Shown here: positions 55,485 through 64,000 of the stretch, piece by piece | Layout of the letters: each line of letters begins with the position of its first letter | Position numbering within the stretch: position 1 is the first letter of the stretch | Assembly: GCA_963751665.1 (NCBI GenBank) | Contig: CAVVVF010000010.1 | Coordinates: forward strand, 42,752-106,751 | DNA from: an uncultured Actinomycetes bacterium | GTDB taxonomy: Bacteria > Actinomycetota > UBA4738 > HRBIN12 | Length of the DNA stretch: 64,000 bases | Reading direction: 5' to 3' | Notes under the pieces: generated by a model | The model's database searches: none | What the model was told of the DNA's origin: nothing | The model's input: only the letters and a program-made list of their open reading frames with translations | Made by a program: the position numbers and the translations under genes

Positions 55485-56732
55485 ATGGGCCAGGCGTTCC
55501 GCGCGGCGGTGCTCACGGTGTCCGATGGCGTGACGGCCGGGACCCGCTCGGACGAGTCGGGCGAGGCCGCCGAGGACATGCTCCGCGGGGCAGGCTTCGA
55601 CGTGGCCGGCCGCTCGTCCGTCCCGGACGAGCGGCCGGAGATCGAGGCTCGCCTGGTGGCCCTCGCGGACCAGGGCGTGCGGCTGGTCGTCACCACCGGT
55701 GGGACCGGCTTCGGCCCCCGCGACGTCACGCCCGAGGCCACCAGGGCCGTGATCGACCGCGAGGCCCCGGGACTGGGGGAGCTGATGCGGAGGGCGGGCC
55801 TGGAGAAGACGCCGATGGCGGCCCTGTCGCGCGCCGTCGCCGGGAGCCGGGGCGGGACCCTGATCCTGAACCTCCCCGGCAGCCCCGCCGGCGTTCGGGA
55901 GAGCCTGGACGCGGTCCTGCCGGTCCTCCCGCATGCGTTGGAGCTCCTCGCCGGCGCGACCGGCGCGCATCCCACCGGCCATGCCGAGACACTGCTCCAG
56001 CCGGCCGCAGGCGATGGTCCTCGGGCCTGGGTCGAGGCCAAGGCAGTCAAGGTCGTCGGCTCGCCGCCGTGCCGAGTCGGCAACCGAATGGCGATCGTCC
56101 CCGGTGGCCCCGTGAGCGGGACGCTCGGCTGCGCGGAGTTCGACGAGCAGGCGATCGCGGATGCGGCCGAGGTCTTCGCGTCGGGCGAACCGCAGACCCG
56201 GACGCTCCATCACGACCTCGGCGACGTCGAGGTGTTCTTCGAGCCTCACCTTCCGCCGAAGCGCCTCGTGGTCGTGTCGGCGACCGACGTGGCTCGCGCG
56301 CTGCGCAGGTTCGCTGCGCCGTTCGGCTACCAGACGATCCTCGTAGAGCCGAGGGGAGAGCGGGTCACCGCCGAGGACGCGGGCGCGCCGGGCGGCACGG
56401 CACCCTCGCTCGACGGCTTGCTCGACGAGCGGACCGACGTCGTGTTCACCGACCACGACGCGCCGGACGTGGCCGGGATGCTGGGCGCGGCGCTTCGTTC
56501 GCCGGCACGGTTCATCGGCGTCATGGGCAGCCGTCGCCACGTGGCCCCGTACCTCGACGACCTCCGGGCCATGGGGTTCACCGACCAGGAGCTGGCCAGG
56601 ATCCGCTCCCCCGTGGGCCTCGACCTCGGCGGCCAGCGGCCCGAGGAGATCGCGCTCTCGATCGCCGCGGGGCTCGTGGCGGCCGAGCACGGCCGGGACG
56701 CCGGCTGGATGGACCGGCGATTGAGGCCATGA
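55485..56732 (+). CDS. fusion protein: MogA/MoaB-type molybdopterin-binding domain plus XdhC/CoxI-family domain
   Basis: The N-terminal part has TVSDG...TTGGTGFGPRDVTPEA...NLPGSP. The C-terminal part has VGSPPCRVGNRM...GTLGCAEFD...RLVVVSATDVA...RFIGVMGSRRH. Confidence 0.75.
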   Translation: MGQAFRAAVLTVSDGVTAGTRSDESGEAAEDMLRGAGFDVAGRSSVPDERPEIEARLVALADQGVRLVVTTGGTGFGPRDVTPEATRAVIDREAPGLGELMRRAGLEKTPMAALSRAVAGSRGGTLILNLPGSPAGVRESLDAVLPVLPHALELLAGATGAHPTGHAETLLQPAAGDGPRAWVEAKAVKVVGSPPCRVGNRMAIVPGGPVSGTLGCAEFDEQAIADAAEVFASGEPQTRTLHHDLGDVEVFFEPHLPPKRLVVVSATDVARALRRFAAPFGYQTILVEPRGERVTAEDAGAPGGTAPSLDGLLDERTDVVFTDHDAPDVAGMLGAALRSPARFIGVMGSRRHVAPYLDDLRAMGFTDQELARIRSPVGLDLGGQRPEEIALSIAAGLVAAEHGRDAGWMDRRLRP

Positions 56733-57490
56733 GCGGCACCCAGCGCCACGTTCGCAAGAACCGGAAGGACTGGGACCGGACCAGCGACGAGTACCAGCGC
56801 GAGCACGCCTCTCAGCTGAACCGGTGGGACCGGCTCTCATGGGGGACATGGGGTGCGCCCGAGTCCAAGCTGAACGTCCTGGGCGACGTCGAGGGCAGGC
56901 GGGTGCTGGAGTTCGGATGCGGCGCCGCCCAGTGGTCCATCACCCTGGCCCGGATGGGTGCGTACCCGGTGGGCATGGACCTCTCGGCCCGACAGCTCGA
57001 GCACGCGAAGGGGTTGATGGCCCGGGCGGGCGTGTCGTTCCCGCTCGTGAACGCCGACGCCGAGCGGACCCCGTTCGCCGATGCGAGCTTCGACGTCGTG
57101 TTCTGCGACCACGGCGCCACGACCTTCGCCGACCCCTACCGCTCGATCCCGGAGGCCACCCGCCTGCTCCGGCCCGGCGGACTGTTCGCGTTCAACATCG
57201 AGAGCCCTATCCACTTCGTGTGCTGGAACGACGAGAAAGAGACGGTGGACGACCGGCTCCACCTGGACTATTTCGGGATGCACAAGTGGGAGGACGATGA
57301 ATCGGTCAACTTCATGCTCCCGTACGGCGAGTGGATCCGCCTGTTCCGCGCGAACGGCCTGGAGCTCGAGGACCTGATCGAACCGCGTCCGCCGGCCAAC
57401 GCCCGGTCCACCTACCGCGACTACGCCGAGATCGGGTGGGCCCGTCGGTGGCCCGGCGAGAACATCTGGAAGCTCCGGAAACCCTGGTAG
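56729..57490 (+). CDS. class I SAM-dependent methyltransferase
   Basis: VLEFGCGAAQ motif I. ATGA overlap with the upstream gene. Confidence 0.8.
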   Translation: MSGTQRHVRKNRKDWDRTSDEYQREHASQLNRWDRLSWGTWGAPESKLNVLGDVEGRRVLEFGCGAAQWSITLARMGAYPVGMDLSARQLEHAKGLMARAGVSFPLVNADAERTPFADASFDVVFCDHGATTFADPYRSIPEATRLLRPGGLFAFNIESPIHFVCWNDEKETVDDRLHLDYFGMHKWEDDESVNFMLPYGEWIRLFRANGLELEDLIEPRPPANARSTYRDYAEIGWARRWPGENIWKLRKPW

Positions 57491-58897
57491 ATGGGGCGGC
57501 CCTCGGTGCGGAGGACCGTGGGGGCGTCGCTTCTCGCGTTCCTTGTGCTTCTCGTGGCGGCGTTCGTCCCCTCCTCCCCGCCGCCGCCGGACCGGCGGCC
57601 CAACATCGTCCTGATCCTCACCGACGACCAGTCGCCCGACTCGCTCCCGCACGAGCCTCCCGTGATGCCTCAGCTGCAATCGATGATGGAAGACCCGGCG
57701 GATCACTGGATCACGTTCTCCAACGCCTTCTTGAACACGCCGCTGTGCTGCCCGTCCAGGGCCTCGATCCTCACCGGGAGGTACTCACACCACACGGGGG
57801 TCAGGACCAACTACGACGGCGAGAACCTCGACGAGTCATCGACCGTCGCCACCTGGCTGCACGCAGCCGGGTACCACACGGGCCTGATCGGCAAGTACGT
57901 GAACGGCTATCCGTTCGGCCCGAGCTCGTACGTCCCGGCCGGATGGGACCGGTGGCTGGTGAAGCGCCAGGGCGACCAGGCCACCGCTTACTACCGGTAC
58001 ATCCTGATCGATCAGGGGTTCCCGGCCTACCGCGGCGACGGCCCGGAGAACTACTCGACCGACGTCTACGCCGCCGCCGCAGCCTCGTTCATCCGCTCGG
58101 CGCCCTCGGGGCGCCCGTTCTTCCTGGAGGTCGCCCCCACCGCCCCGCACCGTCCTTGGACGCAAGCCCCTCGTGACGTCGGGGCGTTCGCGGGGTTGCG
58201 GATAGCCGAGCCGCCGAGCGTTGGTGAGGAGGACGTGTCCGACAAGCCGGCCTGGGTCCAGGCCCTTTCTCCTATGGACGCAGAGCGGCGAGCGCAACTC
58301 CGTGCGATCCACCTGCGGTCCTTCGAGGCGCTCCTCTCGGTGGACGATCTGGTGGCCCGGGTGATCCGTGCGCTGCAGGACCGCGGCGTGCTGGAGAACA
58401 CGGTCGTCGTCTTCATGACCGACAACGGCTTCTCGTTCGGCGAGCACCGGTGGGTGGGCAAGACGTGCGAGTACGAGGAGTGCATCGAGACGCCGTTCCT
58501 GGTGCGTTACCCGGGAGCCTCGCCCCACGTCGATCCGCGCCTCGTCTCCAACGTGGACCTGGCGCCGACGTTCGCCGAGCTGGCCGGGATCCAGCCGCCC
58601 TCACCCGTCGACGGGATGAGCCTCGTTCCGTTGCTCCAGGGTGATTCGTCCGCTCCGTGGCGAACCGGCCTTCTGAACGAGTACGTCGGCGATCGAAAGG
58701 TGCCGCCGTGGTGGGAGGTGCGGACCGCGGACTTCGCCTACGTGGAGCTGGCGACGGGCGAGACGGAGCTGTACGACCTGGCCGGCGTCGTCGGCTCCGC
58801 AGACCCCTACGAGCTCCAGAACCGGGCGGCCGATCCCGCCTACGCCGCCGTTCGGGCCCGGCTCTCGGCCGAGCTCGACGCGCTCCGGGCCGGCTGA
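57491..58897 (+). CDS. sulfatase (formylglycine-dependent type)
   Basis: NIVLILTDDQ and LCCPSRASILTGRY (C-x-P-x-R) motifs. The start directly abuts the preceding stop. Confidence 0.85.
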   Translation: MGRPSVRRTVGASLLAFLVLLVAAFVPSSPPPPDRRPNIVLILTDDQSPDSLPHEPPVMPQLQSMMEDPADHWITFSNAFLNTPLCCPSRASILTGRYSHHTGVRTNYDGENLDESSTVATWLHAAGYHTGLIGKYVNGYPFGPSSYVPAGWDRWLVKRQGDQATAYYRYILIDQGFPAYRGDGPENYSTDVYAAAAASFIRSAPSGRPFFLEVAPTAPHRPWTQAPRDVGAFAGLRIAEPPSVGEEDVSDKPAWVQALSPMDAERRAQLRAIHLRSFEALLSVDDLVARVIRALQDRGVLENTVVVFMTDNGFSFGEHRWVGKTCEYEECIETPFLVRYPGASPHVDPRLVSNVDLAPTFAELAGIQPPSPVDGMSLVPLLQGDSSAPWRTGLLNEYVGDRKVPPWWEVRTADFAYVELATGETELYDLAGVVGSADPYELQNRAADPAYAAVRARLSAELDALRAG

Positions 58898-58951
58898 GCT
58901 CGTTTCAGACCCGCGGCGCCCATCCGAGGGGTTGCTGCTAGCGTTCGCCTG

Positions 58952-60539
58952 GTGCAGGACGCGCCCGACCCCGATCTGCCTCCGTCCCGATCCGGGTCGT
59001 TCGGACGATTGTTCGAGCGAAGGCGCGGCTACCTCGGTTTCCTCCTCGTCGTCGCGCTCCTCATCGCGGGGCTGGCATGGGCGGACCGCCGTGGCGAAGG
59101 GCCAGGGGAGGAGAACGGGAGCGCTCCACCCCCCGGACCCTCGCCCTCGAGCGCGTCCCCCACGCCTACCTCGACCATCGAACCGGGATCGACGCCCATC
59201 AAGCACGTGGTCTTCGTGGTCAAGGAGAACCGAACGTTCAACAACTACTTCGCCACCTACCCGGGCGCGGCCGGGGCGACGACCGGCGGCACGATCCGTT
59301 GCTCCGTGGACGGGTGCCGGGACGGGCCGGCCGTCGAGCTGCACAGAGCCCGGGACGTCCAGGCCCACGACCTCACGCACTGCTTCCGGTGCGCCCTCAC
59401 CGCCATCAACGGCGGGAAGATGAACGGGTTCAACTGGATGAACGGGCCCATCCCCATGGACGCCGAACGAGCCAGGCTGTTCGGCCGCGACCTCTCCGGT
59501 TACACGTACTTCGATCGGAAGGGCATCCCGAACTACTGGGCCTACGCCGACCGGTTCGTCCTCGCCGACCACTTCTTCACCTCGATGTACGGGCCCACGC
59601 TCCCCGAGCACCTGTACACGGTTGCGGCGCAAGCCAATGGGATCGTGGACAACAAGAGCTCGACGGACCACGTCGGCAGCTACTGCGACGATCCCACCGA
59701 GTTCGCGACGCGCTTCCGGCCCGGGCTGTCGCCGGAGGACGTCGCATCGATCACGGACCTGGAGGACCGGATCGACGCGAACGGCGACAACACCTACGCG
59801 CTGAGCCGGTACTGGGATCGGATCCGGCTGTGCTTCGACATCCCGGTCCTGCCCGACCAGCTCCAGGCCGAGGGCATCTCCTGGAAGTACTACGCGGAGG
59901 AGAACGCCTGGATGAACGCGCTCCAGATGATCCGCCACGTCCGGTTCGGCTCGATGTGGCGGCACGTCCGGCCACCCGGCGACTTCGTCCCCGACGTGCG
60001 ACGGGGCGACCTGCCTGCCGTGTCGTGGGTCATCCCGCCCGAGTCCTACAACGAGCATCCCGGCCTGGGAAAGAGCGTGTGCGCCGGCGAGAACTGGACC
60101 GTGAACCTGGTCAACAGCATCATGAAGAGCGAGTTCTGGCGGTCCACGGTCATCGTGGTGGTGTGGGACGATTTCGGCGGCTTCTACGATCCGGTCGCAC
60201 CTCCGCACCTCGACCACATGGGCCTGGGGCCGCGAACGCCGGCGCTGATCATCTCGCCGTACGCGGTGTCGGGTGACAGCCCGAACGGCGGGGCCGTCGA
60301 CCACACGGTCTACGAGTTCTCGAGCGTGCTGCGGTTCATCGAGCTGGCCTTCGGGCTGGATCCCATGACCGAGCGGGACGCGAACGCCGATCCGCTCTCG
60401 GGCGCTTTGGACTTCGAGCACCCGAGGTTCAAGAAGCTGGTGCTCCCGCTCGCGACAGGACTGTCCGTACGGCACGACGTTCGCCCAGCTCGCCCCGAGC
60501 TGGCCGTTCGCCCGCACGATCGGCTCACCCCTGGACTGA
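58952..60539 (+). CDS. phosphoesterase family protein (phospholipase C / AcpA-like), paralogue 1; one frame break near 60450
   Basis: An N-terminal TM segment and [24 protein letters not shown]. After the shift the C-terminus reads [28 protein letters not shown]. Confidence 0.75.
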
Positions 60540-61910
60540 AGGGGCCGGATCGTTCGGGAACTGCGGGCCGGGGCAGTCGGTTCGCATCGGCTGGGGATCG
60601 GGCTTCCTGGGCACCTGCGAGAAGTCGAAGGCCTCGGACAGGTTGCGGGCGTCCCGGTCCCGGTGCGTGAGCTGTGACAGGCCCCAGTTGTCCTCGATGA
60701 ACCGAAGCACCGAGGAGAACTCACCGAGGGTGTGGTCGACGTAGCCGACCTTCGCGTATGGCGAGATGAGCAACAGCGGAACCCGGATCCCGAAGCCGAA
60801 CCGGTCCACCTGGGGAGGCGGGACGTGGTCGTAGATCCCGCCGTAGTCGTCCCAGGTGATGAAGATGGCCGTGTCCTTCCACATTGGGCTGGCCATGATG
60901 GCGTTCACGATCCGGGTGGTCCAGTTCTGGCCCCAGCAGAAGCTGTACTCGGGATGCTCGGAGAGCTCGAAGCGCGGCGTGACCCAGGTGACGGGAGGGA
61001 GGCGGTCGTCCCGGACGTCCTGCACCAACCCGTCCACCGGGAACACGTGCGACTGCCACAACTGCGTGTCCTGACGGATGTGGCGCACGGCGTCGTACGC
61101 GGACCACAGGTAGCCGTTCTGCATGTTCGTCGCCGAGTAGTAGGCCCACGGGATCCCCGCCCGGAGCAGCAGGTCGCCCTCGGTCAGGAAGTCGAAGCAG
61201 GGGGGCACCTTCACCTCCTTGCCCTCGCTGTCCTGCACGGGAACGTAGCTCTGCTCGATCGAATCGCATCCCCACGCCTTGAACAGGCCGGTCGTCCGGT
61301 GGCGCTCCCGGAGTCGCTCGAGGTCCTGGACGGGGTTGTCGTGCGTCCCACCCGACTGCGCCGCGATCGTGTACAGGTGGTTGGGGAACGACGGGCCCTG
61401 GGCCGAGGCGAAGAAGTTGTCCCCCAGGACGAAGCGCTTCGCCCAATGCCAGTAGGCCGGCAGGTCCGTCGGGCCGAACTGCGTGTAGGCGTACCGGTCC
61501 GCCGGCGCGCTCACCGAGGCGAAGCCGTCCATCTTCCCCCCGTTCCACGCCTTCAGCGCGCACGCGTAGCAGTGGACGATGTCGACGGGGATCCGGTCCG
61601 GGGCGGGCGTCAGCGGCCGGACGGTTCCTCCATCCAATCCGGTCGTCGCGCCGTCGGCGCCGGGGAACCGGCCGAAGAGGTTATCGAACGTCCTGTTCTC
61701 CTTGATGATGAACACGACGTGCTTGATCGGCCATCTCGTGGCGAACGATGCCGCGTCGATCGGCTCGGGCCGCGTCCCGAGATCCGTGGGGGGCAACGGA
61801 TTCCAGTCAGGCAGGCCGCTGGAGCACGCCACCGCCACGAGCAGGAGCGCCGAGGCGAGCGCGGCGGTGGACGAGGCCTGTCTCGAGGGACGGCGGGGGT
61901 CACCGCGCAT
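60525..61910 (-). CDS. phosphoesterase family lipoprotein (phospholipase C / AcpA-like), paralogue 2
   Basis: Lipobox [33 protein letters not shown], and [14 protein letters not shown]. Confidence 0.8.
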   Translation of the reverse strand: MRGDPRRPSRQASSTAALASALLLVAVACSSGLPDWNPLPPTDLGTRPEPIDAASFATRWPIKHVVFIIKENRTFDNLFGRFPGADGATTGLDGGTVRPLTPAPDRIPVDIVHCYACALKAWNGGKMDGFASVSAPADRYAYTQFGPTDLPAYWHWAKRFVLGDNFFASAQGPSFPNHLYTIAAQSGGTHDNPVQDLERLRERHRTTGLFKAWGCDSIEQSYVPVQDSEGKEVKVPPCFDFLTEGDLLLRAGIPWAYYSATNMQNGYLWSAYDAVRHIRQDTQLWQSHVFPVDGLVQDVRDDRLPPVTWVTPRFELSEHPEYSFCWGQNWTTRIVNAIMASPMWKDTAIFITWDDYGGIYDHVPPPQVDRFGFGIRVPLLLISPYAKVGYVDHTLGEFSSVLRFIEDNWGLSQLTHRDRDARNLSEAFDFSQVPRKPDPQPMRTDCPGPQFPNDPAPSVQG

Positions 61911-61936
61911 CCGGGGAACCTATCCCAGAAGGCGAG

Positions 61937-63370
61937 CTACTTGCCGCCTGCCGTGGAGGAGGGCCCAGGCGGTGGATAGCGGGGGAGGAGCAGCGGCGGC
62001 AGAGGGGTTTGCGAGAAGTCGAACTCGGCTCGAAGGTCGCCCAGGATGGGGGCGTCCTCGCGCACGTCGGGCGGGGATCGGGGCGGCCGTCGGTGGCGGG
62101 GTCCAGCCGCTGGCCGCCGAGGAAGTCGTCCTCGATGAACTTCAGGTACGCGTCGAACGACAGGGTCTGGTGGTCGATGTACCCCGGCTTCGCGTACGGG
62201 CTGATGACCAGGCCCGGAACGCGGAGGCCATAGCCCGCCCCATCCACCACCGGCGGGACGACGTGGTCGTAGAACCCGCCCCAGTCGTCCCAGGACAGGA
62301 AGATCGCGGTGCTCGTCCAGTCGGGTCCCGTCATCGCCGCGTTCACCAGCCGGGTGACCCACGCCTGTCCCGCGCCGATGGAGGCCGGCGGGTGCTCGCT
62401 CACCGTGCCGTTCGGAACGACCCACGAGACCGCCGGGAGGCTGCCGGTCCGGGCCGCCGCGAGGAACTGGCGGACGGGCTGGATGTTGCCGAGCTGGCCG
62501 TCCTGGTGCACGGTCTGGAACTCCGGCAGTGGGTTCCAGATCTCCGGCGTGCCCACGCCCTGGAGCTCGGGGGCGCAGAACATCGCGGCATCCGCGCAGT
62601 CGGGCTGCGTGCCGGGCGCTACGTAGTAGGACCAGCTCACGCCGGCTTGGTGGAGCAGGTAGGTGATGTCCGTCCATTGGTACGGGGTGGGGTCGTTGGC
62701 CGGCTCCCTGCGCTTGTACGCCTGCCGGTACAGGTCTGTCCGGCACCGCTGCACGTCGTCGGGAACCGGACACGACGCCGACCAGCCGGAGACCATGGCA
62801 AGGTGGGCGGGGAGGCTCCAGGAGGCGACCGGCTCGAACATGTGGTCCTGCAGGACGAAGTGCTGGGCGTAGGCCCAGTAGTTCGGGATCTCGCGGGCGT
62901 CGTGCCACCCCATGGCGTCGGGCTGTCCTCGCCGCCCCACGAACTGCGTGCAGTCAGGGCTGAACGGGTTCAGGGCGCAGTAACTGTGGCGCGCCCTCCA
63001 GTGCGCTGCGCACGAACCCGTTCATCTTCCCGCCGTCGATGTCTGCCGTAGCGTCCGGATAGCCGTGCGGTCCGCCCTCGTTGATAAGCGAGGGATCGTG
63101 GAACGGACGGACGCACCGGTTGATCTGGGGATCGGGGACGCACACGGTCGGCCGTCCGCGCTGCATGGGGATCCCATCGGCGCCCGGATAGGTCCCGAAG
63201 TACGAGTCGAACGACCGGTTCTCCTGCATGATCACGATCACGTGCCGGATCGTGTGGATGCCGCCCGTCGCTTCCGCTCGGCCCTGAAGGTGACCCTTGG
63301 CCACGGCCGCGCAGGCCCCGGCCACGATGGCGAGGGCGGCCACGAGCGCGAAGCGGCGGAGGGGTTCCAC
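61937..63370 (-). CDS. phosphoesterase family lipoprotein, paralogue 3; 2 frame breaks
   Basis: Lipobox [32 protein letters not shown], and [14 protein letters not shown]. Shifts lie near 62980 and 62070. Confidence 0.7.
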
Positions 63371-63435
63371 GGCGTTCGGCTTCCATTCGACCGAACGCGA
63401 TGCGAGGTTCGGCCCGCCGGCCCACGCGGTCGGGC

Positions 63436-64000
63436 ATGATGGTGGGGATGGCCGGCCCCACGGGATCCCTGGACCCGCGGTGGGCCCGGCGCCTGCTCCT
63501 GTTTGTGGGCGCGGCGTACCTGGTGGCGCAGCTTCTTCTGTTCTCCCCGAACCGGGCGCCGTCGTGGGACGAGGCCATCTACCTCTCCCAGGTGACACCC
63601 GGTGTTCACCCGATCGCGTTCGCCCCCTCGCGCGCGCGTGGCATCACGTTCCTCGTGGCGCCCGTCGCGGTGGCGGGTGGGTCGTTGGCAACGGTCCGGC
63701 TGTTCCTCGCCGCCGCCTCGTCGGTCGCGCTCGCGGCGAGCTTCCTCCTCTGGATCCCGGCCCTGGGGCTCGCTGCGCCGGGCGCGGCCTTCCTGTTCGG
63801 GTTCACCTGGCTCGGGCTGTTCTACGGCTCGGAGGTCATGCCGAACCTGTGGGCCGCGATCCTGGCAGTGGCGGCGACAGGAGCGCTCGTTCGGCGACCG
63901 GAAGGGGGCGCCCGGTGGGGATCGGTGGGAGCTTCGGTGCTGCTCGGGCTGATGGCCCTGGTTCGGCCGGCCGACGCCCTTGTGCTGGGCGTGGCGCTGG
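63436..64000 (+). CDS. polytopic membrane protein, possibly a GT39/ArnT-like glycosyltransferase; the 3' end lies outside the window
   Basis: The frame is open from the ATG at 63436 to the window end and is absent from the ORF track because it has no stop. It contains several hydrophobic helices. Confidence 0.4.
   Translation, partial: MMVGMAGPTGSLDPRWARRLLLFVGAAYLVAQLLLFSPNRAPSWDEAIYLSQVTPGVHPIAFAPSRARGITFLVAPVAVAGGSLATVRLFLAAASSVALAASFLLWIPALGLAAPGAAFLFGFTWLGLFYGSEVMPNLWAAILAVAATGALVRRPEGGARWGSVGASVLLGLMALVRPADALVLGVAL

Noticed and set aside
55182-56849. 555-aa minus-strand ORF
   Set aside because: Only the last 85 codons look coding. The rest is antisense to the mog::xdhC gene.

Overview
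This is a GC-rich bacterial chromosome segment. The first ~24 kb follow the conserved actinobacterial housekeeping order: tilS-hpt-ftsH-folE-folP-folB-folK-panC-coaX-lysS-clpC-radA-carD-ispD-ispF-rlmB-tRNA-Thr. After that come a decayed integration scar at tRNA-Thr, a shattered peptide-type ABC binding-protein gene, a cupredoxin lipoprotein and a ~1600-aa NAD-glutamate dehydrogenase. Next is a trehalose locus (DUF3263, LytR_C, otsB, and a receiver-treT-otsA operon), then Rrf2, acs, a BNR-repeat exoprotein, CIRCE-groEL and a larE-NIL-thioesterase operon. The remainder holds yjbQ, an orphan GroES-like gene, a PrmC-related methyltransferase, an operon for a site-2-protease fused to two cNMP-binding domains, and a Crp-family regulator with two TGTGA-N6-TCAC boxes. 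The window ends with Moco genes (moaA, a mog::xdhC fusion), a sulfatase and three phosphoesterase paralogues. I found no rRNA, CRISPR array, transposase or recognisable defence system. About 35 single-base frame breaks interrupt otherwise clearly functional and partly essential genes. Those whose sequence context I checked mostly sit in G/C runs, so I treat them as probable consensus errors and annotate the full gene spans. The best candidate for an undescribed system is the translationally coupled operon at 49875..52963 (single-pass membrane protein, cNMP-domain S2P, zinc-ribbon protein) next to the CRP boxes and Crp regulator. That reading is inference only. Most of the window is ordinary core genome.
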